Positions 53,001-64,000 of a stretch of DNA of 64,000 nt are shown here, one piece after another (position 1 is the stretch's first letter; each line of letters begins with the position of its first letter). The notes under the pieces were generated by a model. It ran no database searches and was not told the DNA's origin. It saw nothing but the letters and a program-made list of their open reading frames with translations. A program made the position numbers and the translations under genes. The stretch lies in NCBI GenBank assembly GCA_017654855.1, contig CM030332.1:6262001-6326000 (forward strand). The letters are read 5' to 3'. Origin of the DNA: Podospora anserina (lineage: Eukaryota).

Positions 53001-53477
53001 GTCAATGTTATTCTCGACATTGGCGCCACACTCGGCATTGACGACAAAGTCAGCGTTCATGTCATTCTTGACGACAATCTCATGCTCGGCGTCAACTTCG
53101 TGTTCGGCATCAATTCCGTGCTCGGCATCGATGTCAGTCTCAGCCTCGTCATTGACATCCTTGGAGTGAATCTCGGAGAATTCCCGAGTCCGCAAGCGCT
53201 TGCTGATAGATTTGGTAACCGCACGCGAATCCTCAAACTCGGGAGTGTCTTCCCGGGACCGCTTGTTGGCCCGCGGGAAGTCGTCAAAGGCACCAAACCC
53301 CTGAATGATGCTCGTCAACTTCTCTGTGGCTCGCAAGGCAGCCTGGCGCTTGGGCCTGCCAGAGACAGGCATGACAGGAGACGAGGGAGCTGAGCTCAGG
53401 GGCGAGGAGACGCCGGAAAAGACACCGTCAGCCTCAGGGGAGCTTGTGCCGGTCACCTCGGTGGTCATGTCAGACAT
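50063..53477 (-). CDS. Fungal AlkB-family 2OG-Fe(II) dioxygenase with a putative SRA/SAD-like domain and two Cys clusters; exons 53477-52105, 52023-51899, 51845-50949, 50889-50849, 50792-50553, 50497-50276, 50215-50063
   Basis: Six canonical GT-AG introns give one continuous frame. The C-terminus reads FNELLALGYMEDDKINYHDDGEKELGPVVAALSLGSPCTMRFR...HGDMMVM...KLYEHAVTPEGKRRFALTARFI (HxD, distal H, RxxxxxR). Cys clusters CSSC...CLQYGC and CPQC...CEIPGC. Confidence 0.85.
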
Positions 53478-56346
53478 CGCTGTCAGATGTGTGCAAGTCA
53501 GCTCTGCGAGGTCGGCGAAGTAGGTAATTGGGCTGGTTAGAGGTTAGTATATAGACTCGAACAAAAAAGGGGAGCCAATGAGAGGAAATTCAGGTGCTCG
53601 CAGGCATCGCGATGAACCAAAAAAAACACTCTCCGTTGACGTCCCCAATGTGAAAAGAAGAACCAAGACTTGCCTTGTGAGCCCTGTCGCGGGTTAAGAA
53701 TAGGGAATAAGACTGATTGATGGGCAGTCGGGGCCTGATGGCTGTTTGTCTCTTGCTTCTGCTGGCTCTTGTCAAAACAGACTCTGAACAGTACCAATCA
53801 TTTGGCAAAGCAGAAAAAAAGATACTGAGACTTTCGCAAGAGTTTGAACCGCTCCACGCAGGGAGAAAATCCTGAGTGGTCATGTAGTTGCTCTGCCCAT
53901 CTCTGGCCATTTCTCATTGGCTGAGGTCTTTGAGATGATATTGGATGGTATAGAAGGTGGAATGAGGAGTTTTCTCGAAGCAAAATGACTTACCGCAAGG
54001 TCCGATTGTGCTGGGAGGATCTGGGGGACTGTAAGGTTGCGCCGTGTTAGCCGCCAAGATCAACTGTGGCTTAAATACTGTTGTGCAGAGGGTATCATCC
54101 ACAGAAGTCAAAATGAACCGTCGAAGACATTTTGAATTCACGATACTTCGTGACGACGCGCGCGATAATCGTGGAGGAGTGTAGGGGAATTCAACTTACT
54201 CGACGTTCACGAACGGTGCTCGCAAGCGAGCAGACGGAGGTGGGAGGGTTCGGTGGTGTTGAGGAGAAGTAATAGAAAGGGAAAGGAAAAGGAATCAAAT
54301 AGGTTGGGGAGGGTAGAGGAGTAGGGAGGTGGTCCAGGCCCCAGGTCCTAGGCACCACTCGTGCCTTCCGTCTTCACTAGCAGATAACAATGAAGAAAAA
54401 CTCTTCGAGCCTCGTGGATAGCTGTGGAAGGTGGGAGGGAAGGAGGAAGGACTCTGGTACTGTGTAGACTAAGAGCTGGGGGCTGGCTATCTATCCTATG
54501 GACGACTGAGGAAAGGTTTGCTCTTGCTGCTCGTCCCATCCTGAACATTACAGGACAGCAAATCTCTTCAGCAGATATGTCTATCTCGGACGCGTCTTAG
54601 AGACTCAGAAGATTAGACGAGATGATACTGGTGCTGTGATGTGTTGTTTGAAAGTAAGTAATAGTGACGAAGGTTGTTTGTTAATATATTGGTTTAGCTG
54701 ATCTCTGTTTGATTACTTTGAACATATTGAGTCAGTTTCCTTATCAATTCACCCCCCAAAGTGTCTCCGGGCCAAGTACTCCTGCGTCCTCTTTGATAGT
54801 CTTGAGTCTATGGAGACACGCAAGAAGTCGAGCATAAGATCACCCGTCCTCTACGCGCAGGGAAAGAGGTGGGTTCCTCCCAAGGTCTTTGAATTGTGTG
54901 CACTGTGCCATGATCGCCGCCGAAGTAAGGACCGACCCCTTCTCCTGAACAGGGAGCAAGAGCGACTGGGCTCAACGGCACCGAATTACGTCATTCCGCT
55001 CCTTACTTTGCCAGGCAGCCACGGATTGCAATGCGCCTTTGAAAATCGAGTCAAGTCCCAGAATCATTCACCTATATCTATATTATTGTCTCTTTTCTGC
55101 TAGGTGCTGTGAGAAGACAAAAGATAATGGAGGGAGTATGCGAAAGGAACGGACTGCCTACATTGTAGGTGTTGCCTGCTCTGTGAGACATGACCAGAGC
55201 GGAGTTTCAGGCACATGGAAGCCTCGTGTGAGAGGAGTCGTCTGAAACCGTAGCCCTGTAGAACTTGAGGCTCTGCGGGAGATCGAAACCAAGCTTTTTC
55301 ATATCTCGGATCATCCGATGTGGAAGGAGAGATGGAGCCCTGCTACCAACTCACCTCATATGTGAAGTTTGCCCTCTTGGTGAGAGCATACCAACAACTC
55401 ACTTGTTATCTTCTTTCAAAACGGTAGAGCTTGAGAATCGGCCCAGTTCCCACCAGCTCAACTCTCTACCTGGTTTTAAATCCAATCAGAGAACCACAAT
55501 AGTCGTGGAGAGGTGACGAAGGCGGGCAATTGTTTGTGTATTGTACCTGCCTGGCAAGTTTTTTTCCCCAAATAAAGCGGCGATGACGTATGTTGAGAGA
55601 AATTAGGATTACGGCGACGGAAGGAACGGACTGAGGTGGCACCATGGGGCATCTTGTGGATTCGAACACGTAGATTGGCCATCTCACTCCCACACAGTTT
55701 TGTATGTACTTTTGAATTGCCCAATAACAAACCTATTGTTCCTGAAAACGTCATCCAAGTGCCACAGAACACCGGCAATGACTCGATGTTAGCCAAATGC
55801 CTTCCGAAAGACTTGATAACCGAGGGGAGACCGGAAGTTGAGCAGTTGGTAGAACTGGTTCGTGCATGTCTCGCGGTCAGCTACCCCGCATGTCAAACAG
55901 CGCTAGAAGGGGGTTTACCGAGGAGCTTGGGGCAAATGCGGGGGAGACTGCGGGGAAGCCTCGCAAGCGAGCAAGCGTTGGTGGGAATGGAAGCGCCAAG
56001 TCCTCAATCATGGGGAAAGTGGGCCAGAAACGGGATCATGAACGGTTCGGGGACCCTTGTCAACTGTGTCCAAGACGGTGTAGAAGGGATCGAGGATGGC
56101 TGGGTCGTCGCCTTGTCTCAGCATTCGCATGTTATCACAGCATTGCGTGCTGTCAAAAACCCCTTCTCCTTTTCTTTTACCTCACCGACTGTGCTGCGCT
56201 GAAAACCGGTTTCGTTGACGCTGAGTGGTTGAGACAGCACCACTGATCAAGCGCTGTTGTATCAAGAACAACATTCCCAGCTAACAGGTTCGGCCGTGCC
56301 AGTTTAACAACTGAACACACTACAACCGTGACAAAACTACGTCAAG

Positions 56347-58396
56347 ATGGTCTTTTACCCCCCTCCTTGGGTCCCGAAGCTCCCATTCGGTGAGGCTTAC
56401 CCCAGAATCCGGTTGAGATGTAGGCAAACATGGCTAACTGGTTCATACACAGACCCCCCTGATTCGATTACCATTGGAGAGTTTATGAAGAATGAGATCT
56501 ACGGTCGTCGCCCAATCGCAAAGAGCCGGAATCCCTTCACCTGCGGCTTGACAGGCAAGACATATGGTGTAACCGAGCAGCACAACCGCACCGAGCTTCT
56601 CGCGAGGGCCTTGTCTAAGGTTATGGGCTGGGAGCCAAATGTTGATTCGCCGTGGGACAAGGTCATTGCTGTTTTCTCTGTCAATACTGTAAGTAAACGA
56701 ACAAAAGGAGTTCAGGGTGCAGAATCAGGGGTGCGCGCCGAGCTTTTCGCTGACTTATCGCGTGCGTCGCCGACAGATTGACTACCTGTCTGTGCTTCAT
56801 TCAGTCCACCGACTGTCCGGTATCGCTACACCTGCCAATGTCGCCTACTCAGCCGGAGAGCTTGAACACCAGCTTCGTTCCTCAGGAGCCAAGGCACTGT
56901 TCACCTGTGTGCCAGTTTTGGAGACCGCCTTGACGGCTGCAAAGGCGGTAGGAATTCCAGATGACAAGATCTTTATCATGGATGCGCCAGTGCATTCAAA
57001 GAAACTCCCCTACAAGACTGTGGATGACTTGATTCAACTGGGTCAGTCCGTACCTGAGCTCGAGCCCCTGAAATGGGTTAAGGGTCAGGGTGAGAGACAA
57101 GTGGCATTTTTGTGCTACTCCAGCGGTACTTCTGGTCTGCCAGTAAGTCGAAACAGTTGAGTCTTGGTTGGATATGGGTTCAGCTAACTGGGGGCCAGAA
57201 AGCTGTCATGATCTCGCACAAGAACGTTATTGCGAACACCATGCAATTTTGCATCTACGACTCAGTCTCAAGAGAAAAGTTTGGGGTGGAAACACAAACG
57301 GCTTTGGGATTGCTGCCATTCAGCCACATTTATGGGCTGGTGGTCATCGCTCATTCTTCAGTTTGGAGAGGCGATGGCGTCATTGTCCTCCCCAAGTTTG
57401 ATCTAACAGAGTATCTCCAGGCCATTGAAAGGTTCAAGATCAACTATCTTCCTTTGGTGAGTGTGCTTTTCGCTTCGTTTTCTGCATCTGCTAACAAACG
57501 TAGGTTCCTCCAATCGTCATCCGTATGTTGAGTAGCAGAGACATCCTCAAGAAATATGACCTGAGCAGTGTCAGACTTCTCTTTACCGGAGCAGCGCCTC
57601 TTGGAAAGGAGACAGCTGAGGAGCTCCTGAAGATCTACCCAACGTGGCATGTGGGTCAGGGATACGGCATGACTGAATCGGCTACCGTCGTATGCACCAC
57701 CAGCGAACACGATATCCACCAAGGCACATCTGGGTCTCTGGTGCCAGGCACACGGGCCAAGATCATTGATCAAGACGGCAAGGAGATCACCGAGTACAAC
57801 AAGCCGGGGGAGCTTCTGGTTCAGTCACCCTCCATCACTCTTGGATACCTGAACAACGAGAAGGCTACCGCCGAAGCTTATGTCTGGGATGAGGATGGAA
57901 GATGGCTGAGGACCGGCGATGAGGTCATTGTCACCAAGGCGCCCAGTGGGTATGAGCACATTACCATTGTGGACCGGCTCAAGGAGTTGATCAAGGTCAA
58001 GGTGAGTTCATCATACCGCCTTGAAAATATCGACATTGAAACTCACAACGTTATTCTGAACAGGCCCACCAAGTCGCCCCAGCCGAACTCGAAGCCCACC
58101 TCCTCACCCACCCAGCCGTCGATGACTGCGCGGTCATTGCGGTTCCTGACGAGCGCGACGGCGAAGTACCCAAGGCTTTTGTGGTAACACCGGCGTCCAT
58201 GGCCGGGCGGAAGGACGAGGACATGGCGGCTGAGATTCTCAAGCATGTCCAGGATCACAAGGCGCACTACAAGTGGCTCAAGGGCGGTATTGAGTTCATC
58301 GATGCTATTCCCAAGAGCCCGAGCGGCAAGATCCTGCGTCGCTTGCTTCGGGATAAGGAGAGGGAGGCAAGGAGAGCGGCGGGCGCGAAGCTTTGA
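56347..58396 (+). CDS. Peroxisomal AMP-dependent acyl-CoA ligase (4-coumarate/phenylacetyl-CoA ligase-like); exons 56347-56389, 56453-56688, 56777-57142, 57199-57456, 57504-58001, 58064-58396
   Basis: AMP-binding motifs YSSGTSGLPKAV, LPFSHIYGL, GQGYGMTE, WLRTGD, DRLKELIKVK and PKSPSGKILRR; C-terminal AKL PTS1; five canonical introns. Confidence 0.9.
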
Positions 58397-59954
58397 GTGG
58401 TGGCTGTTTTTGGATATTGAGTATTGTTTTGGAAAGCCATGGTAGTGTTTGCGTGTTGGATAGTAATGGAAGCTAGTATTTCGGAGAATCTTCAACCTGT
58501 TAGCCAAATTCTGGAATGCTTGTCGTTCAGAGTGGTTGAGGACTTGATCTCTACCTACAAATCATGTCGCCATCATTCAACGCTGCAGCTGATAAATCTT
58601 GCTTGCCGGTAGAGAGAGACTCTGTACAAGGACTCCGCAGAGCTACAAAAAGGAGATCTGGACGAGAGAGCCATTGCATGTTGAAAAGTTGCAGTTGCTT
58701 TACTGGGATTTTTTTACTTTAGGCCAGTTCCCAGAACAGGGCACATTCCATCACCTAAGCACCACTTACACGACGTCTCCACCTTCCCAATTCGACCACC
58801 CAATCTCACCTCTCGCCATAGGTACCAGGTATCTTTCGACATCGTCTCGTAAGGTAAGCTATGCAAGTTGACTACCATCCTCCTCATTAGGACTTGGCTA
58901 ATGACTGGCTTGGTATGGTTGGTGCAGGAAACATGTTGCACTTCCTCGGGTCCGGTGTGCCTTTTGTCAGACCATTAACAACCGACCACCCTTGCCCAAC
59001 CCTCTACGCCAGCCAGCAAGACTCCCAAGTATAAGATTCTTCACCATGCAGCTCCATGTCTACCAGGCACTATTGCAGTCTTGTCAGCATGTGATGGGGT
59101 GGATCATCTGACGGGAGAGCAATCAAGCTACACCCTCGAGGCCATGTAGACTTGTTTAGCTACTTCACAGGGTGGGGGAGACGGGGTGAGATGCCTCTAC
59201 AGGGGATTTCCATCGGCCGGCAAAGAACAAGAGTGTGACAGGAGGGATTAGCCGGCGATGCTGCATGAATTCATAAACGATGAAGAGTAGGGACCGGCGA
59301 CCTCGGCTGGCTACATCCCCGGCCTCGCCGTTGACTCCCCTTCCGCTTCGGTGGCGAGATCAGCAAGGGGTTCCCGTGTAACAAGCTGGAGGATTTCTCG
59401 ATTTTCGAAGGGTAAGGCAGTGTCTTGTCATCTGCCATGCCCTTATCACGACGGGGATGAGATGGGGTTTTTGAGGATGGCCATCGGGAGTGTGATCTTG
59501 ACTTGGTGGATAGAGGCCGTCCAAATCACCAGGCAGCTCATAGTCATCAGGAGGTTCACCTCCTAATGTCGTGGAGACGGGGTAGACAAAGGTATCCTTA
59601 CATTGAAGGAAGGCAAGGAGAGAAAGCAAGCATAGTTGCTTGGAAGGATCAGTCGGTGAGTGAAACCGTCGAAGAGCAGGTTTGAGAGGTTGTATCGGAG
59701 GGTGCAAACGAGGGCTGCTCGACTGAGTACCCCTTTGTGACGGACCTCAGGAGTGATGTCTCCGGGAGATATGGCCCAAAGCCCCCTGTGCTCCCCAGCA
59801 AGAACAGTTGTGATTGGCAGAGAGGGTCTTTTTAGGTTTCCATAACTCAGCCAAAGGAACGCCACCCACCTCATTGCCCGGCGCTACCCTTAACACCAGC
59901 CAGACCTCACTCCCTCGAGCCTATATGATCTGAATTTCTCTGGACAGTTTCCGT

Positions 59955-60025
59955 GGCGCGGTAGTATAGCGGTTCTTACATTCCCAAGTTAGAGCGAAGA
60001 TTCAGGTTCGACTCCTGGCCCGCCA
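59955..60025 (+). pseudogene. Degenerate tRNA-like element (tRNA pseudogene or tRNA-derived Pol III RNA)
   Basis: A box TAGTATAGCGG (59962), B box GGTTCGACTCC (60005), T stem TCAGG/CCTGG, D stem GTA/TAC, bulged acceptor stem GGCGCGG/CCCGCC and T6 at 60067-60072. The anticodon arm is aberrant. Confidence 0.6.
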
Positions 60026-60400
60026 CACAGCCTTTGATTTCTCAGGGAAACGTTTCCAGCGTTTCCTTTTTTATGAGCAATAGTTTTGGTTTTATTTGTT
60101 CACCACCGCTATACCCAAGGTATAGATCTTGAGCCATCCAAAGAATAGATAGCTTTTGCCACATCAACAACACCCACACAGTTCACTCATGTATCGGTCA
60201 GGGGTATATGACAGATCCGCTCTCCATCTTGGTACATTGCAAGTCCAGAATCTTCCTCAACTTCTCGTGCGGCCCGACATCCCGTGATAATCGCCTTACA
60301 TTTTGCAAATCCTTCGTCGCGAAAAAAACATTTACATCCTGGTCTTGGCTGTGTTGTCGCTAGTCGCGTTACATAGTCCGGTCTGTTGGTAGTTGGGCGG

Positions 60401-60534
60401 CCAAGGTCTTCTTAAAGCCGTTGTAGTTGAACAGGCATGTCTGCGGCAAACCAACAAACCACAGCCAAGGTCTTCTTAAAGCCGTTGTAGTTGAACAGGC
60501 ATGTCTGCGGCAAACCAACAAACCACAGCCAAGG
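60401..60534. repeat. Perfect 64-bp direct tandem duplication
   Basis: CCAAGGTCTTCTTAAAGCCGTTGTAGTTGAACAGGCATGTCTGCGGCAAACCAACAAACCACAG occurs at 60401-60464 and 60465-60528, followed by a third CCAAGG. Confidence 0.95.
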
Positions 60535-60868
60535 GTCACGATCCTTTTCATATATCGCTTCACCATTGCTAGGGAAGGTAACAATGCTCCTACTCGACAT
60601 TGTTTCATTCGACATCACCAAAACCTTCACCGACATGCCGGATAACCGTCGAGGGAGCCATGACACGCCACAGGCAGGTTTTGCCAGAGCTGCGGTACAG
60701 GAGCCACTGCATCGTGAGTTGGTGATCGACTGATCATTTCGAAGGAGTAGGTCAGGGAAGTGGGTATAAGTATCGCGACTCGTCGGCCTCAACTCCTGCT
60801 CATCTTTCACCATCATCCTCCCTCATCAACAAACCTCAAAAGCCAAATCCAAAATCTCCTCTGCAAAG

Positions 60869-61242
60869 ATGCAATTCTCGGTCACTCTCATTTCCTTGCT
60901 GGCTTCCCTGGCCATGGCCGCGCCTGGGAACAGTCCCGCCCCCGACTCCATCCACCTCGACCTGCCCGCTCTCAATGATGGTCTGGGATACATGATCAGC
61001 CCGGAGTTGAAGCCCGAGACCGACCAAACCATTGTCAAGAGACGCGAGGGTTGTGTTGCGTGCCAGTGGTGAGTGCTTCATCGACCCATCACACCAAAGA
61101 GAAACTCACTGACAACGAACCCAGGTGCGGTGGATGTGGTGTGAACCAGGGAATGTGCTGCATGCCTATCTGCTGCCAGAAGAGCTCTATTTCGAAGGAG
61201 AGCTGCTTGAGCAGCGGATGGCGCTGGTCGACCAACTGCTAA
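60869..61242 (+). CDS. Small secreted cysteine-rich prepropeptide (105 aa; predicted 46-aa mature peptide with 10 Cys); exons 60869-61068, 61125-61242
   Basis: Signal peptide MQFSVTLISLLASLAMA, acidic pro region and KRR Kex2-type site. Intron GTGAGT(61069)...CTGAC...CAG(61124) joins the two halves in frame. TATAAG near 60765. Confidence 0.8.
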
Positions 61243-62291
61243 AGTCACGGGACATTTCCACAGGGTGTGCGAGCTGGGGAAAGGTATGGTGGTTCATCCT
61301 TTCAAGGTGTTCTGCGATATCGGTGTTATTTCGGTGAAGCAGTTTGAGCTAGAGATAGGAAGAATACGTAGGAATAGATCCTGTGATCACTTCAGCCTCC
61401 AGCAACCCAGATCATCACCCTGAGAAGAGGATCCACCTCCACTTGGAGTGGAAACTGGGATTTGCTTGTGTACTTCTCTCCACAGGTAGCTGACATTCGC
61501 GGGGGAACGCGATTCGTGGACGAACCGGTGGATTCGAGGTGACGCAACAGAGATGTGTGACAGAATTACTCTAGCTGAAGCTATTTCTGGTTGGATGTGT
61601 TTGTATGGTTCAGGACAGGAGATGAAGAAATCTGGAAAACCGGTATCGAGCCGCTTGAGACTTTGCATGCGACAACAGCAGCTATATGGCCCGTGCAGTG
61701 CTCTGCTATTCCATTATCAGTGATATGAACATATCTAGTATGAGGGCACTCTCACTAGGTAACCCATGCTGCAAACGGAGCTGCCAAGATTGGCTTTGCC
61801 AAGCGCGGGGTGAATTGCAGATCCAAGCATCTTCCCTGGGCGCACAAATGTTGAGAAGGCCGAACATGTGCTCGTCTCTCAAGCAGTTGAGGCTTGGGGG
61901 GAGAGGATAACGATCAGAGCAACAAAACACCAAATATACCGATTAGGAGATAGACAGTAAGGACATACGATGGAGACGGATCTACGGATCTCAGAAGCTC
62001 AGAAGCTAGGAAGAAAGGGGATTTTTTTTCAGGGCCCCCGAGAGTGGCAAGCCCGGAGGACGAGATGCTGGATGCAGTTGCGGATGCGGGGGTGGTTGGC
62101 TTCGGCATGCCGCGGCAAAACAACTGACAGCCTCCGCTCGAGCGATGGTGTAGCTCCCTGTGGCAGCTCGCGGCTTACTTGAAGAGAAGATCTCCTGTTG
62201 CATTTTCTTATTTTTTCTCTCTCGAGTTGTCCCGTCCCTAATCAACAAACCCACCGTCAGCCATTGCCAGGTGCCATTGCTGCCATTGACG

Positions 62292-64000
62292 ATGTCTGCT
62301 GTCAACCGTGGGTTGCGCCAGGCCACCAAGTCCCTGCACACACGCCTTCCCCAGCGCATCTCGCAGCGCTCCGCTCTGCCATTGTTGAGCAGCACATTTA
62401 AGACGGCTGCCCCCCTCACTCCCGCCGCCCTCCACGCCCGCAGAAGCAACTTCTCCACCATGGCCTCTCTTCAGTCCGCCGCGACCACGGCCCCTTCCCC
62501 CGCCGGGCACAAGGGCTACGATCCTGAGATCCAGGACATCGCCGACTATGTGCACAACAAGCCCATTGACTCTGAGCTTGCCGTGAGTTGAGCCTCCCGG
62601 AGCTAGCCCCGCTTTATCCCATCTTTGGCTGATGTTGACCTTTCCCCCCTGAACAGTTCGACACAGCGAGATGGGTGTTCCTCGACACTCTCGGCTGCGG
62701 TCTGGAGGGTCTCCAGTTCAAGGAGTGCACCAAGCTCCTCGGCCCTATCGTCCCAGGGACCGTCGTGCCCAACGGCACCAAGGTTCCCGGCACACCCTAT
62801 CAGCTCGACCCCGTGAACGGTGCCTTCAACATTGGTGCTATGATCAGATGGCTCGACTACAACGACTGCTGGCTCGCTGCTGAGTGGGGACATCCCAGTG
62901 ACAACCTGGGCGCTATCCTGGCCGTGGCTGACTGGATCACCCGTACCAACAAGGCCGGCGGTAACCTCGCTGGCGGCAAGATCTTCACCATCCGCGATGT
63001 TCTCGAGGCTATGATCAAGGCGCACGAGATTCAGGGCTGCCTTGCTCTGCTCAACTCGTTCAACAAGGTTGGTCTGGATCACGTAGTTCTCGTCAAGGTT
63101 GCCAGCACGGCTGTTGTCAGCAAGATGCTCGGCCTCAACGAGAAGCAGACTGCCGATGCCATCACCCAGGCGTGGGTTGACGGCCAGAGCTTGCGTACCT
63201 ACCGCCACACCCCCAACACCATGTCCCGCAAGTCGTGGGCTGCCGGTGATGCCTGCCAGCGCGCCGTCAACCTGGCCCTGAAGGTTCTCAAGGGCGAGAG
63301 CGGTGTTCCCACCGTTCTCTCCGCCCCCGTCTGGGGCTTCTATGATGTCCTCTTCAAGGGCAAAAAGTTCGAGTTCCAGCGCCCCTATGGCAGCTACGTC
63401 ATGGAGAACGTCCTGTTCAAGGTGTCCTACCCTGCCGAGTTCCACTCTCAGACCGCTGTCGAGGCCTCTGAGAAGATCCACGCCCAGCTGAAGGCCATGG
63501 GCAAGTCTGCCGCCGATATCAAGGAGATCACCTGCAGGACACACGAGGCCTGCGTCCGCATCATCGACAAGCAGTTCAAGCCCATGGACAACTTCGCCGA
63601 TCGTGACCACTGCATCCAGTACATGTGCTCCGTCATGCTCGTCTTCGGCCGTCTTACTGCCAACGACTACGTTGACGGCAGCGAGGCTGCCACCTCCCCT
63701 CTGGTCGAGTCTCTTCGCAAGAAGATCAAGTGCGTTGAGGACCCCCAGTTCACCGCCGACTACCATGACCCCGCTCTCCGCACCATCAGCAACGGCCTCA
63801 CCGTTGAGCTCAACGACGGCACCGTCCTCCCCGAGGTTGTCATTGAGGCTCCTCTCGGCCACCGTCTCCGTCGTGAGGAGGCCAAGCCAGTGATCATGGC
63901 CAAGTACAAGCGTCACTTGGAGCCTCACTACAGCGCCGAGAAGGTGCAGGAGCTCCTTGAGCTCGGCCAGAACCCCAAGAAGCTCGAGGCTATGGAGGTT
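62292..64000 (+). CDS. prpD: Mitochondrial 2-methylcitrate dehydratase (PrpD/Pdh1), 3' end outside the window; exons 62292-62582, 62657->64000
   Basis: Presequence-like N-terminus; YDPEIQDIADYVHN, LDTLGCGL, RWLDYNDCWLAAEWGHPSDNLG, GLDHV, SRKSWAAGDA, FKVSYPAEFHSQTAVEA and DRDHCIQY; intron 62583-62656. Confidence 0.95.

Noticed and set aside
59955-60025. Functional ochre-suppressor tRNA (TTA in the loop)
   Set aside because: The mismatched stem, 8-nt loop without canonical YU and bulged acceptor stem make decoding unlikely; kept only as a tRNA-like element.
60369-60816. ORFs with a repeated peptide (PWLWFVGLPQTCLFNYNGFKKTLA)
   Set aside because: By-product of the 64-bp duplication, which is not a multiple of three.
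62603-63928. 441-aa minus-strand ORF
   Set aside because: Antisense shadow of the codon-biased methylcitrate dehydratase exon; no motifs.
56347-64000. Propionate-catabolism gene cluster (acyl-CoA ligase plus prpD)
   Set aside because: The ligase is 4CL-like with a peroxisomal PTS1 while PrpD is mitochondrial, and no methylcitrate synthase or lyase is visible in the window; adjacency alone is insufficient.

Overview
Gene-dense region of a filamentous ascomycete chromosome. GT-AG introns with CTRAC branch points, gene content and composition suggest a Sordariales fungus, possibly Podospora; the organism is my inference. I could reconstruct 15 protein-coding genes by hand, most with intron coordinates: a secreted SGNH/GDSL esterase, an MtfA-like C2H2 transcription factor flanked by ~7 kb and ~11.7 kb without recognisable genes, NIMA kinase, an ankyrin-BTB protein, V-ATPase subunit c' (Vma11), a Rom2/Rgf1-type RhoGEF, Prp38, mitochondrial GatA, a DUF4336-like MBL-fold protein, a fungal AlkB-type 2OG-Fe(II) dioxygenase with a putative SRA-like domain and two Cys clusters, a peroxisomal 4CL-like acyl-CoA ligase, 2-methylcitrate dehydratase (running off the window end), two hypothetical proteins and a small secreted 10-Cys prepropeptide. 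The most unusual elements are: (1) the SRA-like/AlkB gene; (2) an AT-rich higher-order degenerate repeat array (~149-bp period) just downstream of it; (3) an accessory-looking interval at 58.4-62.3 kb holding a defective tRNA-like Pol III unit, a perfect 64-bp tandem duplication and the intron-split Cys-rich peptide gene; (4) a C-rich 5' to G-rich 3' compositional switch within many genes. No database search was possible, so product calls rest on motif recognition.
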